This document shows positions 37,160 through 45,716 of a stretch of 64,000 bases of DNA, piece by piece. The notes under the pieces are model-generated. The model saw only the letters and a program-made list of their open reading frames with translations. It was not told where the DNA came from and searched no databases. The position numbers and the translations under genes are program-made. Location: NCBI GenBank assembly GCA_030754655.1, contig JASLZX010000002.1, forward strand, positions 29,633 through 93,632, read 5' to 3'. The DNA is from Candidatus Poseidoniia archaeon. GTDB lineage: Archaea; Thermoplasmatota; Poseidoniia; MGIII; CG-Epi1. Every line of letters begins with the position of its first letter. The first letter of the stretch is position 1.

Positions 37160-38992
37160 ATGGATACCCGCGTGCCCCTGCTGGTGGCGCTGCTACTTTT
37201 CTCGGCGCTGCCATCGTTGGCGGTTCCGCCCGCTGGCGCAGCGGAACCGCCCTGGTGGGAGACCTATTCGCGCGACGTTGACCGCGATGGCATCAGCGAT
37301 TTGCTGGTGTGGAAGCTGGCTCAGGGCGACCGCTTCTTCGCGCCGGACGAAGCGCGCGTCTTCGTGCGCTACGACCATCGTCCCGATGACGGCGACGTTG
37401 CGCGACTCGAAGCGGCGGGCGCGACCGTGAGCTTCCGTGCGCAGTATCTGGATCTGCTTGGCACCACCATGCCTCGTGTACTTGTGCCACAGGTGGCTCA
37501 CTGGGAAGGCGTCGTGATGCTAGACGACATTGGCAAAGCAGAGCCACACATGCATGAGGCGGTACCGGCGATGGGTGTCGACCTAGCGTGGGGGTTCGGT
37601 TTCGACGGTGCCGGCGTCACCGTCGCGATTGTCGACACCGGCGTCGACGGCCTGCACGCCGGGCTCGACGACCAGGACGATGACCCGATCACCGACGACC
37701 CGAAAATCCTTGTGTATTACAATGCTTACGAAGACCAGGAATACGACGGTCGCCTCTCGGAGGACAGTGGTACCCATGGCACCCACGTAGCAGGCATTAC
37801 GGCCGGTACCGGTGCTGGCGACACCGCGCCTGACGGCAGCCGCTACATCGGCGTCGCGCCGCAGGCCAATCTTGCGAACGTGCTGGTCTGCTGCTCGGGC
37901 GACATCGAAGATATCATCCGTGGCATCGAGTGGACGATGGCCAACCAGGACCGCTTCGACATCCGCGTCATGACCTCCAGCCTCGGCGAACAGCAGGTGG
38001 AGTTCCACATCGACAACGACGGACGCTCGGCCTGGAGTCAGGCGGTCGATGCGGCGGTTGAGTCCGGCCTCGTCGTGACGCTCTCGGCGGGCAACGAGTT
38101 CGGCGCCGCGACCGTCGCGGGCTGCAACACCATAGACTCGCCGGGCGATGCGCGGCTGCCGATAACCGTCGCCGCGCTCGACAAGGACCTCTCGTTGGCG
38201 GTTTACAGCAGCCGCGGCTACACATCCGACGGACGCGTCAAACCGGACGTCGCAGCCATCGGCTCCAATATCATGGCACCCAACAAGGGCACTGTTACTG
38301 GCTACACCTCGAAATCCGGCACTAGCATGGCGACACCGCTGATGGCGGGCATCGTCGCGCTGACGCTCGAAGCGAACCCCGACCTGACTCCGGCCGAAGT
38401 CAAGGAGACTATCGTCGCCGGATACTCCATCGAGCGCGAAATCCTCGACGACAGCGACCTCCTGACCAATGACTGCTCAGTGTTCGAGACGCGGCCCGAC
38501 AACGAATACGGCTACGGGCAGGCGGACCCCCGCACCTTCGTCGAAGTGGCGGGCCAGATTGACCCACTGCTGCAGGTCGCCTGGAGCATCCCGCCGAATT
38601 ATGTTGTAGTCAACAACACTAGCGTCGAAGTCAAGCCCGAAATCCACAACGGCTCCTGGCTCTACGGGGGCGCCGATTCCGGCAGCTCCCCCGTCGCCGG
38701 TGGCGTCGAAGTGCGCTTCGGTGCCTCGGGCTGGTATCCCGCTACCGACACGTCTCCGCAAGGCGACTGGACGTTCTGGAAAATCCGCGTCCCGCCCGAA
38801 GTGGCGAAGGGCAACCAGACGCTCGCGGTACGCCTCGTCGCGGCACCCGACCGGATGTCGCCGATTGACTCGGCCAGCGTGGTGCTGCTCGATGAGCGTG
38901 CGCCAGCGTCCAAGCAGGAAGATTCCCCCGGCCTCCCGTTGATGACGGGACTGGTGGCGCTAGCGGTCATCGCGCTGCGCCGCCGTGATTAG
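37160..38992 (+). CDS. Secreted subtilisin-like serine protease (peptidase S8) with a C-terminal PGF-CTERM-like anchor
   Basis: Signal peptide MDTRVPLLVALLLFSALPSLA. D/H/S triad blocks VAIVDTGVD, HGTHVAG and SGTSMATP. Tail PGLPLMTGLVALAVIALRRRD. The track ORF extension upstream of 37160 is antisense to the reductase gene. Confidence 0.9.
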   Translation: MDTRVPLLVALLLFSALPSLAVPPAGAAEPPWWETYSRDVDRDGISDLLVWKLAQGDRFFAPDEARVFVRYDHRPDDGDVARLEAAGATVSFRAQYLDLLGTTMPRVLVPQVAHWEGVVMLDDIGKAEPHMHEAVPAMGVDLAWGFGFDGAGVTVAIVDTGVDGLHAGLDDQDDDPITDDPKILVYYNAYEDQEYDGRLSEDSGTHGTHVAGITAGTGAGDTAPDGSRYIGVAPQANLANVLVCCSGDIEDIIRGIEWTMANQDRFDIRVMTSSLGEQQVEFHIDNDGRSAWSQAVDAAVESGLVVTLSAGNEFGAATVAGCNTIDSPGDARLPITVAALDKDLSLAVYSSRGYTSDGRVKPDVAAIGSNIMAPNKGTVTGYTSKSGTSMATPLMAGIVALTLEANPDLTPAEVKETIVAGYSIEREILDDSDLLTNDCSVFETRPDNEYGYGQADPRTFVEVAGQIDPLLQVAWSIPPNYVVVNNTSVEVKPEIHNGSWLYGGADSGSSPVAGGVEVRFGASGWYPATDTSPQGDWTFWKIRVPPEVAKGNQTLAVRLVAAPDRMSPIDSASVVLLDERAPASKQEDSPGLPLMTGLVALAVIALRRRD

Positions 38993-39645
38993 GCGAGCCG
39001 CAGCCGCCCGGTAACGAACGGGTTCTTCTCGCGCTCGCGGCCGATGGTCGTCTGCAGACCGTGGCCCGGGAAGACCAGCGTCTCGTCGGGCAGCGGCATC
39101 AACTTGTCGCGGATGGACGCCATCAGCTGCGCGCTGTCGCCGCCGACGAAGTCAGTGCGCCCCACCGAGTCGCGGAAGAGCACGTCGCCGCCAACGAGCA
39201 TTGGCGGCACCTCGCCGCTGGCGGGTGCGAAGAAGCAGAGCGAATCGGGGCTGTGGCCGGGGCAGTGCAGCACCTCGAAACGAGTGTCGCCGACCGCGAC
39301 GGTGTCGCCCTCGTCGAGAAAGCCACCCGGTTCGATTGGCTCGGGGGCGGGCATCCCGAACATGCGCGCCTGCCCCTCAAGGTTGGCGAGCCAGTCAGCG
39401 CAGAGCGGGTGGCACTCGAGTGGCAGCCCCAGTTCGGCGACTGCCTGCGCCGCGACGCCGACGTGGTCGAGATGGCCGTGGGTGGCGACGAGTCGCCTGA
39501 CGGGGACGCCGGCTTCGTCGAGCATCTCCCGGATGCGCGGCCACTCGGCGCCAGGGTCGAACAGTATGGCTTCATCGCCGTCGACCGCCACCGTCGCGTT
39601 CATCTGTAGCGCGCCGACCGCGCGCTGGAGAATGCGCAGCGCCAT
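38989..39645 (-). CDS. MBL-fold metallo-hydrolase (glyoxalase II-like)
   Basis: THGHLDHVG (HxHxDH), CPGHSPDS and FPGHG metal-ligand blocks. Confidence 0.85.
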   Translation of the reverse strand: MALRILQRAVGALQMNATVAVDGDEAILFDPGAEWPRIREMLDEAGVPVRRLVATHGHLDHVGVAAQAVAELGLPLECHPLCADWLANLEGQARMFGMPAPEPIEPGGFLDEGDTVAVGDTRFEVLHCPGHSPDSLCFFAPASGEVPPMLVGGDVLFRDSVGRTDFVGGDSAQLMASIRDKLMPLPDETLVFPGHGLQTTIGREREKNPFVTGRLRLA

Positions 39646-39651
39646 CGCGGT

Positions 39652-41076
39652 TCAGCGCGCCTCGGCGGCCCACGTCTCGGCCAGCTGTACCAGTGTGCGA
39701 ACAGTGATGCCCGTCGGGCCTTTGCGCAGGTGCGGTTTGCCCTTGTTGTCCCAGGCAGTGCCGGCGATATCGAGATGTACCCAGGGAGTGCCGTCGACAA
39801 ATTCTTCGAGGAACTTGGCGGCCGTGACGGTCCCCGCCTCGGGGGTGCCGGAGACGTTCTTCAGATCGGCCAGCTCGCCCTTCATCAGCTTGCCGTATTC
39901 AGCGTCCATCGGCAGCTGCCAGTAGCGCTCGCCCGCCGCGTCGCCCGCCGCCATTATGCGGCCCGCGAGCGCGTCGTCGTTGGCCATCACCGCCGCGCGG
40001 GTCGAGCCGAGTGCGTAGGTGACCGCGCCGGTGAGTGTCGCTGAGTCGATGATATGCGTCGCTCCTTCGGCAACGGCGTAGCAGAGCGCGTCGGCCAGCA
40101 CCAGCCGCCCCTCGGCGTCAGTGTTGTCGACCTCGATGTGCTTGCCATTCATCGCGCGCACGATGTCGCCCGGCCTCGTCGCGGTCCCCGACGGCATGTT
40201 CTCGGCCAGCGTTAGCAGCCCCGTCACGCGCAGCGGCACACCGAGCCGCGCGATGGCGGAGATTGCACCATACATACAGGCGGCGCCCGACATGTCATAC
40301 TTCATCTTCTGCATGTTCTTTGACGGTTTGATTGAAATTCCGCCGGTGTCGAACGTAATCCCCTTGCCAACCAGCCACAGGTACGGCTCCTTCGGAACCC
40401 CGTCAGGTGACCAGTCGAGCCGCACCAGCTGTGGCGGCCGCGCCGATCCATCGGCGACTGAGCAGAGCGCGCCGGCGCCCATCGCTCGCAGCTCCGTCTC
40501 ACCCATAACGGTCACCGTCAGGCCATGCGCTGGCCCGTCGGCCGCTGCGCGCGCGGCGAACTCCTCGGGGCCGAGCTCGTTGGCCGGCAGGCACGCCAGC
40601 TCTCGCGCAAGGTTGGCGCACTCCCCGACGACGAAACCCGCCTCGGCGCCGTCGTGTGGCCCGCAGATAACCAGTGTTTCCAGCGCGTTGTCGTCGGACT
40701 CGAGCCGGTATTGTCGCAGCCCGAAGCCGCCCGCCACCGCGCCGGCGACCGCGCTGCGAGCGTCGCCCTCTAGCGCCAGAGCCAGCCGCCCGTAGCCACG
40801 CGCTTCGGCCGCGCGCACCGCCTGCCCGCCAAAGGCGAAGGCCACCTCTGTCGACCAGTCATCGCCGCATCCTATGAGCAGCAGGCGTCGCGCCGCGAAG
40901 CCATCCGGGGAATGCAGCAGCGTCAGCTCGCCCGCCTTGCCCTTCAGCTCGCCCGCGTCGCGCAGCGGCGCGACCAACGCCGCTACCGCGTCCGGGGTTT
41001 CGTCCTTGAAAACCGGCACCGCCAGTGCGTCAGCCGTAACTGTCTCGGGCTTTTCGTCGTCAAACTCTAGCTTCAT
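39652..41076 (-). CDS. pepA: Leucyl aminopeptidase (peptidase M17)
   Basis: GKGITFDTGGISIKP...MKYDMSGAA...NTDAEGRLVLADAL. Confidence 0.92.
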   Translation of the reverse strand: MKLEFDDEKPETVTADALAVPVFKDETPDAVAALVAPLRDAGELKGKAGELTLLHSPDGFAARRLLLIGCGDDWSTEVAFAFGGQAVRAAEARGYGRLALALEGDARSAVAGAVAGGFGLRQYRLESDDNALETLVICGPHDGAEAGFVVGECANLARELACLPANELGPEEFAARAAADGPAHGLTVTVMGETELRAMGAGALCSVADGSARPPQLVRLDWSPDGVPKEPYLWLVGKGITFDTGGISIKPSKNMQKMKYDMSGAACMYGAISAIARLGVPLRVTGLLTLAENMPSGTATRPGDIVRAMNGKHIEVDNTDAEGRLVLADALCYAVAEGATHIIDSATLTGAVTYALGSTRAAVMANDDALAGRIMAAGDAAGERYWQLPMDAEYGKLMKGELADLKNVSGTPEAGTVTAAKFLEEFVDGTPWVHLDIAGTAWDNKGKPHLRKGPTGITVRTLVQLAETWAAEAR

Positions 41077-41095
41077 GCTGCGCCACTTGCGGCCC

Positions 41096-41107
41096 CTTTA
41101 TAGAAAT
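41096..41107 (-). promoter_or_regulatory. TATA box of pepA
   Basis: The minus strand reads ATTTCTATAAAG, centred about 25 nt upstream of ATG 41076. Confidence 0.5.
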
Positions 41108-41116
41108 GGAGCTGCG

Positions 41117-42073
41117 CTAGAACCGTAGCTCGCCTTCCGCCGCCAGCACCATCCGGCTGCGGTCGCTGTCGACGACTACGCCGGGGCCGAGAATACAATC
41201 CTCGATGACTGCGCCGGTCGCGCTGGCGCCGGCGAGCAGTACCGAGCGGCGCACGACGCACCTGTCGAGCGAGACGCCAGAGCCGATAACCGTGTCGGGG
41301 CCGACGATGCTACTCGCGATTTCCGCGTCGGCCGCAATCAGCGCGTTGCCGCGCACGCTCGCGCCAGGATGTGCCGCCGTCGCTTCGCGCTCGAGCAGCT
41401 TCGCGTTCGCCGCAAGATAGCTCTCGGGCGTCCCGGCGTCAATCCAGCTGCCTGTGAAGGGGAAGCCATGCAGCCCCGCACCAGCCAGCTGCGTGAAGAT
41501 TTCGCGCTCGACCGAGACCTTGCGGCCGGCGGGAATCATCTCAAATACCTTGGGCTCAAGCAGGTATGTCCCGGCGTTAATCAGCTGCGACCGCTCCTCG
41601 CCCGCCGCCGGCTTCTCCTGGAAGCCGACAATCGCGTTGCCGTCCAGCTCCGCCACGCCGTAGCGGCTCGGGTCGTCGACCTCCCACAGCGCCAGCGTCC
41701 CGAGCGCGCCGGTCACGCGATGCTGCTCCTGCATCGCCTCGATGTCGAGCGACGAGACGATGTCGCCGTTGAAGACCAGCGCAGTTCCCGTGACGTGCTC
41801 GCGGCAGTTGCGCATCGCGCCCCCGGTCCCGAGCGGCTCTGTCTCGGGCACGGTAATGACTTCGCATCCGCAATCGATTGCGGTGAAATGTGCCGCAATC
41901 GCGTCGGCCTGGTGATGCACCGCCAGCGCGACTTTCGTGACGCGCTTGGGCAGGCTGCGCACCAGCCGCTCGAGCATCGGCACGTTGGCGAGCGGTAGCA
42001 GCACTTTGGGTGTCGCGAGCGTCAGCGGCCGCAGCCGCATGCCGAAGCCGCCGACAAGGATTATAGCTTCCAC
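41117..42073 (-). CDS. Sugar-phosphate nucleotidyltransferase with a C-terminal left-handed beta-helix (mannose-1-P guanylyl-/glucose-1-P thymidylyl-transferase-like)
   Basis: AIILVGGFGMRLRPLTLATPKVLLPL N-terminal signature, with hexapeptide-like repeats in the C-terminal third. The start codon is GTG. Confidence 0.85.
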   Translation of the reverse strand: MEAIILVGGFGMRLRPLTLATPKVLLPLANVPMLERLVRSLPKRVTKVALAVHHQADAIAAHFTAIDCGCEVITVPETEPLGTGGAMRNCREHVTGTALVFNGDIVSSLDIEAMQEQHRVTGALGTLALWEVDDPSRYGVAELDGNAIVGFQEKPAAGEERSQLINAGTYLLEPKVFEMIPAGRKVSVEREIFTQLAGAGLHGFPFTGSWIDAGTPESYLAANAKLLEREATAAHPGASVRGNALIAADAEIASSIVGPDTVIGSGVSLDRCVVRRSVLLAGASATGAVIEDCILGPGVVVDSDRSRMVLAAEGELRF

Positions 42074-42088
42074 GCGGCCCGAACGACG

Positions 42089-42119
42089 GCGGTATTAGAA
42101 CGGCAGCGGTATTAGAACG
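42089..42119. repeat. Tandem duplication of GCGGTATTAGAACG (period 17 nt)
   Basis: Copies lie at 42089-42102 and 42106-42119. The second copy contains the TAA stop of the MenA-like gene. The first supplies a TTCTAATA box about 22 nt upstream of GTG 42073. Confidence 0.8.
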
Positions 42120-43239
42120 ACAGCGCGCCGCGCTGCCAGAGCGTGTCAAGCACTAGCCCCAGCGTGAAGAGCAGCCCGGCCAGCTTGACGAAGTGGAACG
42201 CCCACGCCACATACCAGAGCGGCCAGATGGGGTATTCGTCGGGGGGGTCGTCGGGCGTGCGCCCTTCTTTCAGGTTATCGGGCATCGCCACGAACGCCAG
42301 CTGGAACGCCTCCTGCGGGGTCTCCGGCACCGGCCGCCCCAGCATGTGCGTACAGAGCATCGCGCGCGGCAGCGCTAGCAGCGCCAGTGCCATGAAGGGA
42401 TGGCCGCCGCCGCCGACCAGCGGAGCATCAGCCGGCAGCGCTAGCCAGAAACAAATTGGGAAGAAGGCCCAGATGAGCAGCTGCGTCAGCCATGCGGCAC
42501 CGCGCAGCCCGAGCAGCACCGGCAGCGTGTGGATGCGCTTGCGCAGGTCGTCGTCATGCTTGTCCATGTGCTTGCCCATCACGACCGCCATCACCGTCAG
42601 GCCATACGGCACTGAGACCAGCATCGCCTGCTGAAGCTGCGCTTCGGTCGCGACGCCGCCAGCGAGCGCCCAGAAGGCGCCGCCGACCATCAGCGGCCCC
42701 CACACCAGGAAAATGCCGATTTCGCCGAGACCGAGCGACTTGAGCCGCAGCGGCTTGGCGACGTAGAGCACCGAAATCGCGAAGCCTACCAGCACGAAAT
42801 ACCAGATAATAACGCCGATTTTCTGCGCGAACCAGCCCGCAATCATCAAATCCGCAAGGTAGCAGGCGAAAATAGCGGCAATCAGCCCCGGCTTGCTGAC
42901 CAGCCCGTGCATCAGCGGGTGCGGCGCGTAGTTCGCGCGCGGGTAGTCGGCAGTGTCGACGCCGTGCAGTGTGTCGAAGTAGTCGTTGACCATGTTATTG
43001 CCGGCGTGTGCTAGCAGTAAGCCAACGACAACGAGCACCGCGTCGAGCGGGGCGACCACGCCAGCCCCCAATTGCACCGCCAGCATCACCCCGACCAGCC
43101 CCGAGAAGAGCGTCATGTTGAACACGCACGCCCGCGTGATGAGCATCCAGCGGCTGACGGCGTCGAGCGGGGCGCCCGGCAGCGGGTTGGCGGTCTGGTA
43201 GATGGTGCGCCAGCGGGTGAAGTAGGCGGGAGCGGTCAT
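42112..43239 (-). CDS. UbiA-superfamily prenyltransferase, MenA (DHNA prenyltransferase)-like
   Basis: 375 aa, polytopic. Asp-rich AGNNMVNDYFDTLHGVD and a second block LGLGEIGIFLVWGPL. ATG 43239 overlaps the stop of the upstream synthase gene (ATGA). Confidence 0.78.
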   Translation of the reverse strand: MTAPAYFTRWRTIYQTANPLPGAPLDAVSRWMLITRACVFNMTLFSGLVGVMLAVQLGAGVVAPLDAVLVVVGLLLAHAGNNMVNDYFDTLHGVDTADYPRANYAPHPLMHGLVSKPGLIAAIFACYLADLMIAGWFAQKIGVIIWYFVLVGFAISVLYVAKPLRLKSLGLGEIGIFLVWGPLMVGGAFWALAGGVATEAQLQQAMLVSVPYGLTVMAVVMGKHMDKHDDDLRKRIHTLPVLLGLRGAAWLTQLLIWAFFPICFWLALPADAPLVGGGGHPFMALALLALPRAMLCTHMLGRPVPETPQEAFQLAFVAMPDNLKEGRTPDDPPDEYPIWPLWYVAWAFHFVKLAGLLFTLGLVLDTLWQRGALSF

Positions 43240-44558
43240 TCGTCCTCGTAATAGTCCAGCCCGAGGTGCGTGATGAGTGTCTCTCCCATCAGGTGCCGCA
43301 GGGTGTTTTCCAGCTTCACCTTCTGCGCGAACAGGTCGTGCATCGGCGGCAGCCCAGGCTTGGTCATGGGCGACTTGAAGTAGAACGAGAGCCACTCCTG
43401 GATGCCGCCCATGCCGGCGCGCTGAGCGAGGTCGAGGAAGAGTGCAAGGTCGAGCACGATGGGGGCGGCGAGGATTGAGTCGCGGCAGAGGAAATCGACC
43501 TTAATCTGCATCGGGTAGCCGAGCCAGCCGCGGATGTCGATGTTGTCCCACCCCTCCTTGTTGTCGCCGCGGGGCGGGTAGTAGTTGATGCGCACCTTGT
43601 GGTACAGGTCGCCGTACAGCTCGGGGTATTTTTCGGGCTCGAGCATCTGCTCCAGCACCCCCAGCTTGGAGACCTCCTTCGAGCGGAAGCTCTCCGGGTC
43701 GTCGAGCACCTCGCCGTCGCGGTTGCCGAGAATGTTGGTTGAGAACCAGCCGTCGATGCCGAGCAGCCGCGCCTTCAGCCCGGGCGCCAGGATGGTCTTC
43801 ATCAGCGTCTGCCCGGTCTTGAAGTCCTTGCCCGCAATCGGCACCCCTGCCTCGCGCGCCAGCGCGTACATCGCCGGGAAGTCGACCGACAGGTTGGGCG
43901 CGCCGTTAGCGTACGGCACGCCTTCGCGAATCGCGGCATACGCGTAGAGCACCGATGGCGCGATGGCGGGATGGTCACTGTCCAGGGCGGCCTCGAATGC
44001 GTCGAGCGATTCGAACATGTCGCCCTCCGCCGGCTGGTAGACCTCGGTCGAGCCGCACCAGACCATCACCGCGCGCTCCAGCTTGTGCACCTTGCGGAAT
44101 TCGCGGATATCAGCGCGCAGCGCCTCAATGCACGCGCGGTGACCGGTTTCGGGCTTGACGTGCGTGCCGTCCAGATTCCTGACGAAGCGCCTCTCGAAGA
44201 CCGCCCTCATCGGCGCAATCGCCTCGAGCTCCGGGCGCAGCTGGTCGAGCAGCTCGCGCTCGAGCACGCCCGCCTTGCGCGCGGCGGCGTAGACGTCGTC
44301 GGGGAAGATGTCCCAGCCGCCGAACACCAGCCCGTCGAGTTTCGTGAGTGGCACGAGGTCGCGGACCGGGACTTCACGGTGGTCGGTGCGCTTGCCGAGC
44401 CGCAGCATCCCCAGCTGCGTCAGCGAGCCAATCGGCTGCGCCAGCCCCTTTTGCAGCGCCAGTACGCCGGCGATGAAGGTTGTGCTCACGGCGCCCAGCC
44501 CCGGCAGCAGCACTCCCAGCCGGCCTGTGGCGGGTGCAATATCGACGGCTTCGGACAT
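43236..44558 (-). CDS. myo-Inositol-1-phosphate synthase
   Basis: 440 aa from MSEAVDIAPATGRLGVLLPGLGAVSTTF...NGAPN...GKDFKTGQTLMKT...STNILGNRDG...DNKEGWD. The track ORF extension to 45200 has no homology. Confidence 0.9.
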   Translation of the reverse strand: MSEAVDIAPATGRLGVLLPGLGAVSTTFIAGVLALQKGLAQPIGSLTQLGMLRLGKRTDHREVPVRDLVPLTKLDGLVFGGWDIFPDDVYAAARKAGVLERELLDQLRPELEAIAPMRAVFERRFVRNLDGTHVKPETGHRACIEALRADIREFRKVHKLERAVMVWCGSTEVYQPAEGDMFESLDAFEAALDSDHPAIAPSVLYAYAAIREGVPYANGAPNLSVDFPAMYALAREAGVPIAGKDFKTGQTLMKTILAPGLKARLLGIDGWFSTNILGNRDGEVLDDPESFRSKEVSKLGVLEQMLEPEKYPELYGDLYHKVRINYYPPRGDNKEGWDNIDIRGWLGYPMQIKVDFLCRDSILAAPIVLDLALFLDLAQRAGMGGIQEWLSFYFKSPMTKPGLPPMHDLFAQKVKLENTLRHLMGETLITHLGLDYYEDE

Positions 44559-44591
44559 CTTTGCGCGGGAGCCGCGGCACCCGCACGGCAG

Positions 44592-44600
44592 GGTATTAAC
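44592..44600. promoter_or_regulatory. TATA-like box between the divergent inositol-phosphate synthase and small membrane-protein genes
   Basis: GGTATTAAC is centred about 24 nt upstream of ATG 44620 and about 38 nt from ATG 44558. Confidence 0.4.
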
Positions 44601-44619
44601 GTTGGCGCAACTCGCTACC

Positions 44620-44967
44620 ATGGCCTCCGACGACGCGCAGCCATCCGTCAGCGGCGATTTCCCCGCCGTGGTCGCCGTCGCCAGCGCGGCGGTGGCGCTG
44701 CTATTCATCGGGCTGGGGCTGCTGCTGGCGCCCACGGCCGACTCACCGGTCACGACCGGATTGCCGTCGAGCTGGGCGGTCGTAATCCTGCTCTGTGGCC
44801 TAGCGGGGCTGCGGTTGGCGTGGCGGTTGCAGGGGGGCGACGCGAGCGGGGCGCGCGCGTGGTGCCTGCTGATGGCGCTGCTCTCGCTCCCGACGCTGCC
44901 GTATTCGCTGCCGGTGGCGCTGCCAGCGCTCTTCGGCGCGTGGCGGCTGTGGGGCGGCGGCCGTTGA
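44620..44967 (+). CDS. Small hydrophobic membrane protein (115 aa), hypothetical
   Basis: Three to four predicted TM segments (VVAVASAAVALLFIGLGLLL, WAVVILLCGLAGLRLAW, WCLLMALLSLPTLPYSLPVALPALF). The start is correctly spaced from the TATA box. Confidence 0.45.
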   Translation: MASDDAQPSVSGDFPAVVAVASAAVALLFIGLGLLLAPTADSPVTTGLPSSWAVVILLCGLAGLRLAWRLQGGDASGARAWCLLMALLSLPTLPYSLPVALPALFGAWRLWGGGR

Positions 44968-44973
44968 ATCGGG

Positions 44974-44983
44974 CTTAAATATT
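44974..44983 (+). promoter_or_regulatory. TATA-like box for the EF-hand-tail membrane-protein gene
   Basis: CTTAAATATT is centred about 25 nt upstream of ATG 45003. Confidence 0.4.
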
Positions 44984-45002
44984 GGTCGCCGCAGTCGACG
45001 AC

Positions 45003-45713
45003 ATGGCCAGGCAGGGGACTGATAATCACATTCGGGGCGCGACTGCCCTGCTCGCTGTGCTGGCTGTCGCGCTGCTGCTGCCGCTCGCGGCGGCTGACGG
45101 CCCGACGTTCAAGTTCCTCCCGCGCGAGCGCGACTACCGCGGCATCGCCGTGGAAGAAGGTGTCTACCGGTATCACACCCTGTCGGGCGGCGACGAGCAC
45201 TGGGCCGAGTTCACCTTCAGCGTCAATGGCAGCGGCCGCGCCGACATATTCCTGCTGCGTTACGACGTCTACTGGGGCGAACTGAGGGGTGACCTCGGCA
45301 ACGCCAGCGAGGAATTCCAGCCCTACCGCGAATGGCTCGACGTCTCGACGCTCGCCATCAACGTAACCTTCCCCAGCGACGAGGAAATGGTACTCATAGT
45401 CGACAACAGCGACGTACCGTGGAACGATACGCTCCCCGACGGCAGCCTCACCTACGACCTTTTCATCCTAGACTGGGAATTAGATTTTGCCGAGTTGCTC
45501 TCCTGGATTGAGGACCTGGTGCAGCAGGGAATGCTCATCTGTGGTGGCATCTGCTTCGTGCTCATCATCGCAATTGTAGCCATATTTGCCGCCTCGCGGC
45601 GCGGCAGGGGTGGTGGAGGCGGGCCGCAGCTCGACCTAGACGGTGACGGGCGCGTCAGCGCCACCGAATGGTCGGTCTACAAGTCGCGACGCGACTCGGA
45701 AGACCAGCGCTGA
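45003..45713 (+). CDS. Type I membrane protein: signal peptide, ~150-aa ectodomain, TM helix, cytoplasmic tail with a canonical EF-hand loop
   Basis: Signal peptide ALLAVLAVALLLPLAAADG, TM segment MLICGGICFVLIIAIVAIFAA, and tail DLDGDGRVSATE, which fits the 12-residue D-x-D-x-D-G-x-V-x-x-x-E loop. The track start is TTG 44982. Confidence 0.6.
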   Translation: MARQGTDNHIRGATALLAVLAVALLLPLAAADGPTFKFLPRERDYRGIAVEEGVYRYHTLSGGDEHWAEFTFSVNGSGRADIFLLRYDVYWGELRGDLGNASEEFQPYREWLDVSTLAINVTFPSDEEMVLIVDNSDVPWNDTLPDGSLTYDLFILDWELDFAELLSWIEDLVQQGMLICGGICFVLIIAIVAIFAASRRGRGGGGGPQLDLDGDGRVSATEWSVYKSRRDSEDQR

Positions 45714-45716
45714 CAC

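Noticed and set aside
44559-45200. The 5' extension of the inositol-1-phosphate synthase track ORF (43236..45200, 654 aa).
   Set aside because: Homology starts at MSEAVDIAP (ATG 44558). The extension is Ser/Ala/Arg-rich, overlaps better-supported plus-strand genes, and crosses the promoter region.
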